The notes: generated from the sequence alone by a model not told the origin. Shown: positions 1 through 12,956, counted from the first letter of the whole stretch. The stretch: 63,218 nucleotides of DNA, filler included, from Octopus bimaculoides (GCF_001194135.2; 7 parts of 4 records of this genome joined end to end with filler, not necessarily neighbours in it); one strand, 5' to 3'. Translations and numbers: made by a program.

Positions 1-479
1 ACATTGTGTGTGTGTGTGTGTGTGTGTATGTATATGTATGTATATAATAGAAATAGGTTTGAAAAAGAAGAGTGACTACTTACTCGTGGTAGAGATAAGG
101 GAAAAGTAAAAAGAAAAAAGCGAAAATGCACATTGGATATAAAAACATGAAGGTTTCTGTATGAAAAGTAACGATAAGTATATACAATTAGATGAACTGA
201 GGTGGAATTAAGAGGAATAAAATTCATTATTTTGAATTGTTAAAGAGATTCAAAGTCACACCGGTATCATCAAAAGCTGTTCACTGTCTTTGAATGAGCA
301 CCGATTCCCAAACGGTGTCGGGTGTACTAGTCCCTGAGCAAAAACATTATATGCAAGGGAGGTAAGCAGTTCTGGAAGTGGTGCTATTATGGTAGATATA
401 GTACTGAAATATGAATGGTGCATGGGATGTGTGGGAATTAGTGGTATTATTGGTGAGGTTAGTAGTTTTCTTTATTATG

Positions 480-800
480 CTATGTGTTCATGTTGAATTG
501 TGGATGATATTTATTGATGGAAGTTGCATCTTTATTCATTCTTTGCTGTACTGAGGTTGTCTGTGAGCATTGATAGAAAGGGGAAATTAGGAAGTTAGGG
601 TTATTGTTCATAGCACACCTTTTTGTGTGTTCACTGACCTGTATCTGTCTGTACTGTGAGTAGCGGATTTGTTCTTTGTGAAGAGTTGTTCTTCGACTGA
701 GTGACATTCATGCTTGGCCAATATATTGATTACCGCACCCGAAGCCGGTAATGGCATAGATTAGGTTTTCCGGGGCACAGGTGAAATTTGATTTTATGCT
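480..800 (-). pseudogene. PLE GIY-YIG endonuclease domain, disrupted
   Basis: Manual translation CAPENLIYAITGFGCGNQYIGQA*MSLSRRTTLHKEQIR..VSEHTKRC. It has the IY/YIG motifs and parallels the PLE C-terminus at 33110-33412; one in-frame stop. Confidence 0.75.
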
Positions 801-839
801 AAATATCTACCCTCGAAAAGGTGGGGGCATGTGACACAG

Positions 840-2728
840 TTAGGCCGACCGCATTTTCACTTTTGGTTCCGTTGTGAATGGATATAGTCTTGCGTTGGGT
901 AATATTTTTCTCAATGATTTCGGTTGCATCTTGCTCTTGATAATTTTATGTGAGCCTAACATTTTGGTCATTGTTTTATCTCCTGTGAGAATGGGTAGAT
1001 TTTGGATTATACTGTTGAAGGCCTCATTGTTTCTAGTGTCTTGTGTGGAGATATATGAGAGTATCTGTAAGTGTGGTGTAGTATTTCGGTTGACTTCTTT
1101 TAATGTTCGTATGTCTATTTCCTTTGCTCGTTTAATCCCATCATTTATTAATGATGTTGGGTAATGTCTCCTGATTAGTATTGATCTGAGGAGTCTTCGT
1201 TCACGAGTATTGGTGTCCGAAACTATGGTACAGATTCTTTTCACTAGATTATAAGGTATATTAATTTTCATGTGTTTGGGATGGCATGAGTTGAATAATA
1301 GGTATTGTTTTGAATCTGTCGTTTTATAGAAGATGCCAGTTTCGATCTGGTTATTGACTATTTTAATTAGGATGTCAAGAAAAGGAAGTTGTTTATTGCT
1401 GTGTTCCATGGTGAATTGTATGTTGCTATTGATATTGTTGAGCATTATTTTGAAATCGAGGAGTTTGTCCGTGCTATCTTTCCAAAGTATAAAGCAATCA
1501 TCTAAATACCTCTTCCAGTTCTCCTTTATGTAGCAATGAAATGTTTGCCATATCTTTGTAGTGATGCTTGGAATATTTTAAATTCCAGATAACTTATTAC
1601 AAAGTTCGCTATCTCTGGGGCAGCTCGAATTCCCATTACAATTCCACATTTTTGTCGATAGTAAATTGTATCGAACATGAAATAGTTGTTCAGTAGGATG
1701 AATATCAGTACTGCAATTACAAATCTGTGGTTGATGCGTCCTGGGATCTCTTCTGGGTATTTTTCTAGTCAGAAGGTGATTGCTTCTATACCATAATCGT
1801 GTGGGATATTGGTGTACAAGTTCACCATATCGAATAATACTAATAGGTGTCCTTCATTCATTGTCTTCGGGAGGTGTCTAAGCATGTCTAAGTCATCCCT
1901 TATGAAGCTTTTCACATATTTTGGAAATAGTTTGAGTACGATGTCGAGGAAATTGCTCAAAAGGTGGGTTTCACAAGCAGGGCCAGCGATGATGGGTCTT
2001 AGTCAGAGGTCAGTAGGGGGAGGAACATTAATGTATAGGCCTGAAGAATCTTTATAATCTTTACAAATATGTGAATTTTTGTGCATTTTCGTTAATCCGT
2101 ACAATAGACTTAGTCTGTATTTGGTATTTGAAATTGGATAAATAGTCAACTTCTTTTTTAGTGAGGCCCTTTCCACGTATTTGAAGTAAGGAGGATAAGT
2201 TGTAAAGTGTCTTCTGTGGGTTGTATTGTACTATCTTCTCATAATAAATATTGTTTTCCAGCGTGGAGAGTATTAAATTTTAATATTACTCTGTGTCCAT
2301 CACTACTACCTCACTTCCTTTATCAGCTTCTTTAATCGTGAGGCTTATATAATTTTGTAACTCGATTAGGTTTTTCCGTTCATCTGTGTTAAGGTTAGAT
2401 TTAATTCGTTGGTTTTGTTGGGTATTGACAGGAAAATTGGTAATGTGCTCACAAAAATCATCAAGTGCTTTATTTCTGCCTTTTGTAGGACAGTATTCGT
2501 TTTGTTTTTTACTATTGAGTCATCTTCGCTGGTGTAGTTGTGAAGTGCTTCTGTGAGGCGCAATTTTCGGCAAAAGTCCATAGTGTTATACTTGATTTCA
2601 TTCGGGTTCCATTTGCGAGGGGTTGGTGTACACTTTAAACCTCTTGCTAGAATTTTAGTTTGTGTAGTACTTAGGATTTTCTTTGAAAAGTTGATTATTT
2701 TCGGTTGTTCTTGTACAATGTGTTCCAT
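840..2728 (-). pseudogene. PLE reverse transcriptase, broken by stops and frameshifts
   Basis: ORF-track pieces 2366-2728, 1769-1960 and 840-1445 carry PLE RT and thumb motifs; a manual read near 2300-2340 gives IKEADKGSEVVVMD (ADKG motif). Confidence 0.85.
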
Positions 2729-3449
2729 TTCACATTTCTGTTTCTCTGGTTTAGGTCTAAAAAATTGTTGTAATTGGTGGATTGTTTTGGGAAGTCTGTA
2801 TTGTATTTAGTTTGGTGAAGATAAAATGGGTGCAAAGTTTATCTGTGGCAGTATGTTTGAGGTGGAGTGACTGTGTAGTGGACTAAATTATGGTTGTACG
2901 GAGGGTTGTTATATTGTCTATGGTTGATGTTTGAATTAAATTTATTTTAAATTTTGTAATGTGGGTGGAGGGAGAAGTTATGTTGTCTAGTTAGGTTGTG
3001 TCTAGTTGAATGCTTGAAGTATCCATGTTGAGGGTTAAGGCTCGGAGGCGAATATTTCCATTGTCTGTGAGATGATGGGGGTAGACTGGTAGGTACTGGT
3101 TCCTGAATGTTTTGGTTAGTCTGGAGGCTTGGATGGATCTTTTGATTTGTATGTAGGGGGCAATGAAAATTACGTCCAGATTTTCTATTACGAGCGGACT
3201 TCCTATTTGTTGTTTGAAAGTTATTTTTGAGTAGAGGTCAGGTTAGGTCGGTGGTGTTGTGTCCCCTATATTGTCTGTGGTTTGAGTAAGATAAATGTGA
3301 GGTTATTTCTACGTGGGATTTTGGTTTCTTTTTCTTCAGGAAGGGGTTATCCTATATGTTTTCCATGTTTTCTACAGTTTGACCTTCTGAATGTTTCCTT
3401 AATTCCGTACATATTTCCTGATCTATGTCTTTAAATTTTTGCTCATTGC

Positions 3450-3896
3450 TTAACGTTCGATTTCCGTCTTCATCTTTTCCAATGCTAGTTTTTCCTTTAA
3501 TTGTCTTTGTTGGTCCTGCTTGTTTGGTATTAGTTTAATTTCAAATTTACGAGGTAAGATTATTGGAGTTGAATTTAACCAGCGTTCATAAATTTCTGCC
3601 TTGTAGTTTTTAATCATATTCCAGAAAGAAAATGTTCTGGTTTTAAGTTTCTCATTCCAGATATGGTTAATACGGTTCTTAGTTGATTGCGTTATCGTGG
3701 AGGGGGTTGTATCGTGTGCATCATCTGTAGGGAGATTTTCATTTATACAACTATTATGAGGTAACGATTGTAGAGTGATGCATAATTCGGTCAAATGTTG
3801 ATTGAGTTGTTCCAGAAATTGTCCTTTCTCTTCTTTTTCATTTGCCTCTTGGGTAAATCGATTAAGTTCATCAATCTTGTTAAATAGGAGTCTCAT
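3450..3896 (-). CDS. 148-aa ORF in the PLE 5' region, probably an N-terminal extension of the element protein
   Basis: ATG-initiated, complex sequence, same strand as the RT, starts about 110 bp after the pseudo-LTR tail at 4005-4034. No domain recognised with certainty. Confidence 0.5.
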   Translation of the reverse strand: MRLLFNKIDELNRFTQEANEKEEKGQFLEQLNQHLTELCITLQSLPHNSCINENLPTDDAHDTTPSTITQSTKNRINHIWNEKLKTRTFSFWNMIKNYKAEIYERWLNSTPIILPRKFEIKLIPNKQDQQRQLKEKLALEKMKTEIER

Positions 3897-4046
3897 TCGT
3901 GTTAATCTCTTTTAGTTCCTTTAGAGTATCTTCGCTGAAAGTTGTAACTGAGGAGTTTGGTATCTGTGGCATTTTCAATCTCACGTGTAGTAAAATACAA
4001 TAGTGAAAATGCACATTGGATATGAAAAGTAACGTGATGAATATGT

Positions 4047-4510
4047 CCCTTTCTATCAATGTTGACTGAACACCTCAGTACAGCAAAGAATGAATAAAGA
4101 TGCAACTTCCATCAATAAATATCATCCACAACTCAACATGAACACATAACATAATAAAGAACACTACTAACCTTACCAATAATACCACTACTTCCCATAC
4201 ATCTCATGCATCATTCATATTTCATTACTATATCTACCCTAATTGCACCACTTCCAGAACTGCTTACCTTCCTTGCATATAATCTTTTTGCTCAGGGACT
4301 AGTAGATCCGACACTGTTCGGAAAACGGTGCTCATTCAAAGCCAGTGAACAGCTTTTGACGATACTGGTATGATTTGAATCTCTTTAACAATTCAAAATA
4401 ATGACTTTTATTCCTCTTAATTCTACCTTAGTGCATCTAATTGTATAAATTTATCGTTACTTTTCATAAAAAAAGCCTTTATGCTTTTATATCCAATGTG
4501 CATTTTCGTT
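4047..4510 (+). repeat. Inverted pseudo-LTR copy of PLE 3' end (partner 119-582)
   Basis: Reverse complement aligns along about 460 bp with 119-582, e.g. gctgtactgagg, gatggaagttgcatctttattcatt, gaaaatgcacattggatat. Confidence 0.9.
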
Positions 4511-4767
4511 TCTTTCTTCTTACTCCCCCCCCNNNNNNNNNNNNNNNNNNNNNNNNNNNNNNNNNNNNNNNNNNNNNNNNNNNNTATATATATGATCAAT
4601 TGCAGCGTGGAAGATTTTGTAAACCAGTCAAGAACACACAAAAACTGTTAGTTTCACTTTAGCATTCAAATTTAATTTGTGTCAAAATATCTTCGTCGCC
4701 TTGAAACCGCGAGAAAACTTCCATCTGCATCTGAGAAAGCAACAGCTAGTTCATGATATATATGTGC

Positions 4768-4798
<31 letters not shown>

Positions 4799-4949
4799 TG
4801 TATGTATGTATGTAGAATACGGAGCGGGGATAAGATTTGTACGCATTCTAAGAGATAATGAAAACAGTTCATGTCCACTATACTGCAACAAGTTCTTGAA
4901 TAGTTTGGAGAGAGACATCAACAAAAGATATAGAAATAATAATTGATGT

Positions 4950-5480
4950 GATAATAAGAACTTTCACAGTGTACTGTTTGTTGACGCTACATCTATGAAG
5001 GAGTTAAGTAGGGCATTTAAGAAAATCCTACGCAAAACTGGTCTTAAGATCAAGGTTGTATAAAAGGCTGGTAGGACAATCAAATCTATATTAAGTTATA
5101 CTTATTTGATAGAGTCACGTGTCGAAATAATTGTGTAGTATGTACTACAAACACACATGTGAACTGTAAAACGAAAAACATTGTATACCAAATTAAGTTC
5201 CAGAAGGGACTTGCGCGGTTCTCCTTGAGTTCTATATTGGTGAGACATCTAGAGGCATCAATAATAGGTTCAAGAACATCTGGACAACTACATTGAGAAA
5301 ACACCAAACTCCATGTTCTATCAGCATGCAGTATTCTGCCACAATGGCTCCTTAGGGAGACTTAGGTCAGTCATCCTATCTACATATGCCACTGTTGCTG
5401 AGACAAGTCAGCGAAGCTGTCTGTATACAGGAGTACAAACGCACCCTCAACCGTAAATCCGAATGGGGCTAACACCCAGA
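4950..5480 (+). mobile_element. PLE 3' fragment (Cys motif plus GIY-YIG) of a different family
   Basis: Frameshifted manual translation KKILRKTGLKIKVV*KAGRTIKSILS / CRNNCVVCTTNTHVNCKTKNIVYQIK / EFYIGETSRGINNRFK / KRTLNRKSE. Confidence 0.65.
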
Positions 5481-7559
5481 TTCCACTCGGGAGTATCCAT
5501 CTATAATAATCCCCTTTCTCTCATTTACATGTAAAAATCCATACATTTATGTTGAGATGTATGATATTGAAATATATATATATGTAATTATATGTAGTCG
5601 TATGAGTGTACATAGATTAATATGCATGTGCGTTAAAATATGCTGAATATGTCCTTATATTACTTCCAATATAGCTTTTAAAAAATAACTGTTAAAATAG
5701 AACTGTACCCTTCAAAATTTGCACAATGAATAAGTACAAGTTAAAATTACAACCTGCTTTTATAGCAAGTCGATGAAGGTAGTCTAGTCTATCCCGTCTC
5801 CCCACGACTTTTAGTTCATGTAATTGAAAAAGCCGCATTATTTATGGGATGCCCCAATATATATACATATATACACATGCGTGTGTGCGTTTGTTTTGTA
5901 CCCCGCTACCGTTTACAACCGAGTTTTTACGTCCCCGTAACTGAGACCATAACCACCAGGCTTAAAATAAATACTCTCGTCGATTTATTTTACTAAAAGT
6001 CATTTAAGTTGATGCTCCAGCATGGCCGCAGTCTAATGACTGAAAGAATTAAAAGAAGAAAGATAAAAGCTAGGAGACTAGTATATGATTTAATCTACTG
6101 GATGTAATTCTCCACGAAGGGTGCAAGCACAAATCGTATGAAATATTGAACCAGTTCAATTTCTTGTTACTTGAAGTCAATCAGTCTTCTGAGATCACTC
6201 CATTGCAAGAGTGGGCACATAATTTCAAACTCGGGGATGTGTGTTGCGCGGGAATGGTACAGTGAAATGCAAATGTAACGATCTCCTCTTCGTGGTCGTT
6301 CTCCCCTTCTTTCCTAAATCTCTATCACATATTTTCTTTTTATCGCTAATACCATATTCCAACATCCATATCGCAATAAGACAATATGGACACATTCCAA
6401 ATATAAGTAATTCTATGTGTCAGCCTATGACATTTGACGGAAAGTGATACACAAGATGTCTTGTTTATCAGAGATTTTAAGAATAATAGAACCCTGGATT
6501 GATAACAAATTAGTGATATCAGAAATTGTCTTGTTCATGAGACCAAAGAGAAGACTACGAAGTAAAAATCCTCCCGGTGGGGGGTTGGGCGCTCAGCACT
6601 TAAAAATCTGAAACCAGGAGACACTACTTATACGTTTGCCAATGGCCTTAACACTAAGTTGTCCAGCAATCTTTTTAAATGAAAAATGTGTTCCAGAAAT
6701 ATGTTTCTTAGAGAGCAGTTGAGAAACACAGCATTCTAACTTTTGGATTCAACAATGATGCGTCACGAAAGTTGGAGAGAAGTAAATGACGACTTGGTTA
6801 AAAAAAACTTCCGACTGCAGCACGAGCTCTTCATTGCCTAAATTATGAATGTAGGTAATCAAGGTAATCCCCTAATGTACGAAAGAGGAAAAATGCTCAA
6901 CTAAACTTTGTTAACAATTTGTTAAGTAACATAACTTGAAAACGTTCTATGACTTTTTTAACGCTGTGTATGGTTCTCGATTCTTAGGAATTGATAGTTC
7001 AACACTTATCAGCTTAGAGAACATATCAGCATAGAGAAAGATCAGCAGAACAGCTCAACCAGATATTAATTATTAATAAGGCTACAATCTCCTTATTTTC
7101 TGAAGACTCCGAACTAGTCTATCATTACACTGACACACGAATGTCAAAATCCATTAAGCAAATATTTTACGGCTAAGCTCCTGGATCAGATGCCATAATA
7201 TCAGATATTTAAACTATTAGATAACCCATTCTGCATCAAAAGATAATTCTAGTCTTGAAAACAAATAAACTCCCCCTAATATTCAATGCTGCTTTCATGA
7301 CCCATACACACATATTCAAAAAGAAAAGGACTGTCTTACGTTAACCACAGTAACTTTTTCCAGCTTTAGTATTATTGAAAAACTTGCCAACGTTTATCGT
7401 GAGATTGGTCTACTCACGGGGAAGCCAATGTAGTTTCAAGGTGTGAAATAACACTGTGGGCATTACATTTGCTACGGGAAAAGCTAGAGGAGAAATGCCA
7501 AAAACTGAACTAATATCCGCAGCCCTCAGTTGTTAATCTTATCTCGGCATTCCATATTA

Positions 7560-8370
7560 TAAATCACCAACGTCTGTAAAAGATTACGTTAAAATTGAGT
7601 TGCAAAGACAAATTCACATGCATCGTTAAACATTTTCCCGACGATATGTATGTTTCTATTGTCGATGATGATGAAAACTCATCAGATATTCCGATAAGCA
7701 GTGGTATTAGGGGCGGATGTGAGCTAGCACCAATACTGTTCACTCTGATATTTTTGTCAATTGCCATACGTGCTTCCAGTGATATCAACACGAGTTTACA
7801 TCCTTTACAGAATCTATAGTGGATTTCTCCATCTTGTACGCATGAAAATAGTAACTGGAATCCAAACAGCATCTAATTATAATATTTATTTTGTAGGTGA
7901 TTATGCACTGAACTATAACACAGGAGAAATGGCATCCAAATAATGCAAGAAAAGTTCCTGTCTTCAGCCGCTACGTTGCTGTATCCATCAGTTCCAAAAA
8001 GATTGAAATTACGGATCACATTGAACTAAACCTAACGGCAAAAGATAACCGACTATTAGCAGTAGAGAATCCACTTACATTGAAAGACTTCGCTCAAAAT
8101 ATACCTACATTGACGATGCGGTCCATTCTATGTTAGTCAAAACAAGCTCAAGTTTTGGAAGATAATATTTCAGTTTGGGAACTTAAGCGTATCAGCATCA
8201 TAACCAGACTAATTGATAACTATGCAGTCATATTCACGGCGCTGTCCACGCTGCCCAGATGTGGACTCCCAACGAAAGTTACTGCAGATGGCTGAATCAC
8301 ATTTTTTCACATTACATGCCAGTAGATTTTTCCACATTAAGTGGTAAGACAAATGTCCGCATACAGGAGT
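7560..8370 (+). mobile_element. Degenerate RTE-clade LINE RT fragment
   Basis: ORF 7595-7819 CKDKFTCIVKHFPDDMYVSIVDD..ISSGIRGGCELAPILFTL matches the RTE pattern GCPxKF..FHDGM..GVKQGCVLAPTLF; more decayed sequence flanks it. Confidence 0.6.
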
Positions 8371-8509
8371 GTCCAACGATACAGATTCCCATTAATTTAT
8401 ACTCTGATATAAAAGAAGCCAATTCATTGGATGAGTTATGTCATCTAGTGATTTCATTAAGTATTTTTGTTTGTTTTAACCCTCTATCTATTATTACTCC
8501 TTTGTACTA

Positions 8510-8710
8510 AAAGCACAACGCTTGAAATCTTTGGAGAGGGCTACTCGGTTGCATCAAACCCATCTCTCAAATGGTACTTATTTTATCGACCCTGAAAAGA
8601 TGGAAGGGAAAGCTCACTTAAACGGATTTGAATTCAGAACGTAAAGCTGGAAGAAATGCTGCTAAACATTTTGTCCGGCATGCCAACGATATCGCCTGCT
8701 CGCTGCCCTT
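8510..8710 (-). mobile_element. tRNA-derived SINE (family A)
   Basis: Reverse complement homologous to 18817-19039 (aaggcagcgagc..ttacgttctga.ttcaaatcc..gggtcgataaaataagtacc). Confidence 0.75.
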
Positions 8711-10228
8711 CCAGTGGTCATTAATGACCACGGATGAAGGTTCTACTTGTCAGCCCCGCTAAAACAGTGGTGTTTGTGGTTATACAGTCCGATGCACGAA
8801 TGGCAGTCTTTGTCACACAAGTTGCAATTGTGGGCTGTACCTGAGCTATTTGAATGGTAAGATTGACTTATGATTGATAATTATTGCTCTCCGTGTTCTG
8901 TCGGGGTCATAGGCAAGTCAGGAATATCCTGTCCAGTGTGTGGCAGGGTCCTATCACTCGACCATAGGGTGTTCGATAAGATCTAAATCTGGGCATTAGA
9001 TTATGCAGATGGAGGGTCGGTTATTGTTCATGCAGCGTATCTCAACTCAGCAGGTCACTGATGGATCCGAAGGAACAGCACAACCGCTACAATTTGGCAG
9101 GAGTCGCGAGAACGAGGTGATAGACAACATCAAACTATCTGTGGGCCTTCGACTCCCGTTTTTCCCTGTATTTTCAATCCTCTAGAGGGATTGTCCCCAG
9201 GCTAACAAGCTCTTTCTGCCCAATAACTTGCTAACTAGTTCATCACAGGGTTCTTAGCAGGTGCTATCTCTTCAGGATCGAATAGACAAGGGAACAATTG
9301 TTGTTAAGAGGTGGTTTCATGCTCCTCAAAACCTTTGAACTCCGAAACCAGGGCCTCAATGGATGCGGTTTAAAGTCATACACAGGATATAAAGAATAAA
9401 TACGTACAAAAGGAACTCATTACTAGCGTTGTTGTAGTAGAGTAGAGAAAATGGGCGCTAGAAAGAAATCGCAAGAACAGTCTGAAAGTAACATAAAGAA
9501 ACCCTGAGCGTTGACACATTTTATCTCTATGAGCACGAAATTACACAAGTGCCAAAAATGAAAAAAAAAATAATAATAATAATAAGACAAGCAACTTCCC
9601 ATGCAATCGGACTACGCACCAGTTGTCCTCCAGATGACATTGCCAATATTTAATCCACTCTGACCACGGGCATACCATTGATTCAATTGGTATACAATAT
9701 CAACATACGGTCTGCAGATCGAGGAGTAAATTTCACTAACATTTTATAAGTTCTTCTTCGTCTTCATCCACAGCCATTCTTCATTTACCATGCAACTGAC
9801 AGATGCTATCAGGCTACCTGAATAAGTGTCTCTTAGAAGGATTCTGGGGTTTCGCTGCTATATTGCATAGGGGTCTGTGCACCGTCCCGTCTCTAATACT
9901 GGAAATGAGAGTGTCAGCACAGACTCCCATATGTTAATCATATGTGGGGAAATCACAAAATCATCAAAAGGGATACTTATTTAGGTATCAGAACCCAAAC
10001 AGGAGCGCCACAAACCCAGTCGGCCAGACCCACAAAAGGAGTAACAGTTTAGATGTGTCCTACACGTGAAATGTATTTCCGTGTCATATTCGGCCGTATC
10101 AGATGTGATTAGGTCTCATAAAATCAAATGAATCCGCATAGTCAGACAAAGGCATGATTTTTACTGACGTATAAATATATGTATNNNNNNNNNNNNNNNN
10201 NNNNNNNNNNNNNNNNNNNNNNNNNNNN

Positions 10229-10240
10229 TTAATTAATTAA
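10229..10240. other. Assembly spacer TTAATTAATTAA inside N-gaps (also 22486, 32877, 48964, 58515, 62121)
   Basis: Identical 12-mer with stops in all frames, always flanked by Ns on both sides. Confidence 0.95.
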
Positions 10241-10284
10241 NNNNNNNNNNNNNNNNNNNNNNNNNNNNNNNNNNNNNNNNNNNN

Positions 10285-10315
<31 letters not shown>

Positions 10316-10330
10316 ATATGTGTATATATA

Positions 10331-10377
<47 letters not shown>

Positions 10378-10422
10378 GAATATATATATATGTGTGTGTA
10401 TATATATATATATGTATATATA

Positions 10423-10463
<41 letters not shown>

Positions 10464-10924
10464 ATGTATATGTATATGAGTGTGTTGTGTATGTATGTAT
10501 GTGTATTTAAGCATTTATTATATATGCAATTTTGTGGATAAATACATATGCACATCTGTATATATATACATGTATATGTTTATAAATAAACCTTATATGT
10601 GTGTATGTATGTATATATATACATGTACATGTGTGTTTTATGAATATATGCATATTCAATTATCTGTGTGTATCTATGTAGAAATAAACTTATATTTATG
10701 TATAAATGCATATATATATATATATATGTGTGTGTGTACACATGCATACATATAAAGATATAGATAGATGCATGTGTGTGTGTGTGTGTGCCTTTATGTG
10801 TGTGAAAATGCATTTATATGAAAAATAATGTATATGCATCATACATCAGTTTCAAATCTTTGTGCATAAAACAGAGAATTCAAAATTCAAAAATCAAACC
10901 CTATATTAAATGCAGAATAGCATG

Positions 10925-11010
10925 TGTGCAGCTATGCAGGTGTTCAGCTATGCAGGTGTTCAGCTATGCAGGTGTGCAGCTATGCAGCTGTGCAGGTGTG
11001 CAGCTATGCA
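10925..11010. repeat. Minisatellite of 8/16-bp units (tgtgcagc/tatgcagg variants)
   Basis: Direct reading of tandem gtg(t/g)cagctatgcag units. Confidence 0.85.
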
Positions 11011-11827
11011 TTATACTCACACTCGTCTCTTTCCCGTCTTTAAGGATAGATTTTATGATGCATATTAGCAATATGTGATGTTGGATGACAACAAAATATA
11101 GAAAAGAATTGGGTACAGCGGGCATAAAAATATGGGCAACTGCGAGAGAAATGGTGCCAGCATCCCATTGCTGGAGGTGTGCATAGGCTGGGGGAAAAAA
11201 AAAACCAGGTGTAAGAGGAAGGGATCTGATGAAGTGTGTAAGAGAGAAAGACTGGATTGGCAATGACAAGGGATGTATATGGGGTAGATGAGTGGGGTGT
11301 GGGTGTAAAAAGGTGTTCAGCAATCCATGGGAATTTAATCTTGTGAAGAGGTACAACTGTGAAGATATGAAAAGGAATGGTAAGCGTCGGTTGGAAACAT
11401 GGCAACTTTGCAAGATGTTGTGACAGAAGAAGTTTTGTCTAACTTATGCAGGCATGGAAAAAATGGAAGTAAAACTGATGATGATGATGAGGCTATGCGT
11501 ATTTGTTTCCATGTCATCCTCGTCATTGTTTTTACGCCATCTTTCCATACTCGCATGGATCAGATGGAATTCATAGAGGCATGTTTTCTATGGTTGGATG
11601 GATTCCCTTCCTGTCGCTAACTCTTACCTCTACTCGAGCAAGGTAATGTTTATCCCATGGTCGAACATATTTCCACGGGAGATTGGAAGCGAACGGCATC
11701 GCTTCTGTGACGTTAATGATCATTTACAACTATTTCGTGAAATCAAGACAAGGAGACAAATATATTAACGTTAGCGTCTTATGAAGCTAAACTTATAAGT
11801 TCTAAAATTGCAGAAGAATTCGTTGCT

Positions 11828-11894
11828 GGGCAGTTTAGTTTAATGGTAAAACACTTGACGCGTAATCACAGAGATGTGAGTTCGAGTCTCACGC
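11828..11894 (+). other. tRNA-like head (SINE head or tRNA pseudogene)
   Basis: A-box-like agtttaatggt and B-box gagttcgagtc at tRNA spacing; acceptor stem and anticodon loop are non-canonical. Confidence 0.35.
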
Positions 11895-12094
11895 ATTTTT
11901 CTGCAATGTATGGAAAATTTATCCTGATCACGCTATTTATAGCATTATCACGCGTTTGAGAAATAAATTTATTTCTCTATCTTACAATACATCTCAACGC
12001 TTCTAAAAACAAACTTTGTTTGTTTACTTTCATCGTAAAGTTGAATATATCTATACATTCATAAAAAAAAAGAGTAAAGATCCCTTTTGGTCAT

Positions 12095-12415
12095 GAATGA
12101 CCATGGGATTGCACCTAGAAAGTTCCCTGCTGAGGCACAAGTCCAAGTAAGGTTGTTTTATAGAAGACCAGTAGTCATCCATACATACCAGCTTCATCTC
12201 TCCATGCCACTGATGTTATCCAAAGGAAAGGCAAAAGAGCTGGTGCAGCTAGGCACCAATGACATTACAACTCATTTCTACAGCTGAGTGAACTGGAGCA
12301 ACGTGAAATAAAGTGTCTTGCTCAAGAACGCAACACACAGCCTGGTCTGGGAACCGAACTCATTACCTCATGATCGTGAGCCTGATGCCCTAACCACTGA
12401 GCCATGCACCTTCAC
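12095..12415 (-). mobile_element. tRNA-derived SINE (family B)
   Basis: Reverse complement tggctcagtggttaggg..gagttcggttccc..gtgttgcgttcttgagcaagacactttatttcacgttgctccagttcactcagctg; homologous to 41178-41400. Confidence 0.8.
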
Positions 12416-12678
12416 ACATGCATTTATATATAGCAAAAGTGGTTTCCTATTACCCATAGCCTTCTGCATGAAAAATATTCTTTATGGTATCAAACTTAAA
12501 AAAGAACCCCACCACATGTTTTTGATCACATTCTTTAGAAGCCAAAACAATGTAAGTTATAAAAATGCTACAGGTCGATAGTTTTACTAGCTATTTCTAT
12601 ATTTTAAGGTCATGACACTTTACTCAGCAAAACTTTGGAGAAAAGTCGTTATTTGCTGGAGCAACTTATCTCCAAAGC

Positions 12679-12716
12679 TTTCCTGAGGAACCGGTCCTGA
12701 CCCCGAAATGTTGAAA
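12679..12716 (+). ncRNA. Minimal type I hammerhead ribozyme motif, degenerate stem II
   Basis: UUUC-CUGAGGA-a-ccGGU(ccug)ACCcc-GAAA-UG-UU-GAAA: stem I UUUC/GAAA, intact core, GUU cleavage triplet. Confidence 0.55.
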
Positions 12717-12921
12717 TATGAGGAGAAACTATTAACCTGTAGAATTTTATAACTTGCGTTATTTTAGCTTTTAAGAAATATAAAAAAAAAAATATATATA
12801 CAAGCCAATGCTTCATAAAAATGATATGTGGGCGTGCATGTGTGCATGTAAATAGATATATATCTAGATATATGTCTGTATTTATATTGTATGTATCTAT
12901 ATTGATGTATGTATCTATCTA

Positions 12922-12956
<35 letters not shown>

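Larger units (their letters stand above)
119..4510 (-). mobile_element. Near full-length degenerate Penelope-like retroelement (5' ORF, RT, GIY-YIG, 3' pseudo-LTR, inverted 5' pseudo-LTR)
   Basis: Minus-strand fragments in PLE order: IINFSKKILS..ARGLKCTPTP (2366-2728), LFDMVNLYTNIPHD (1769-1960), IQFTMEHSNKQLPFLDI..HPKHMKINIP (840-1445), NLIYAI..YIGQ (about 710-780). 119-582 recurs inverted at 4047-4510. Confidence 0.9.

Noticed and set aside
250-290. Possible hammerhead remnant in the PLE pseudo-LTR (minus strand uUGAUGA..GAAu; copy at about 4355-4385)
   Set aside because: Both core halves are altered and no stem I or III pairing could be built.
1177-1232. CUGAGGA..GAAACUAUGGUA on the plus strand
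   Set aside because: No stem I pairing; it lies antisense within RT coding sequence, so chance match.
8714-8731. Perfect 18-bp palindrome gtggtcattaatgaccac
   Set aside because: Isolated at a SINE edge, with no second copy or other supporting context.
11226-11255. CUGAUGA..GAAA hammerhead-like spacing
   Set aside because: No stem II or stem I complementarity.
11399-11620. 73-aa ATG ORF (MATLQDVV..)
   Set aside because: Its 3' half is the antisense of a dispersed repeat tail; no recognisable domain.
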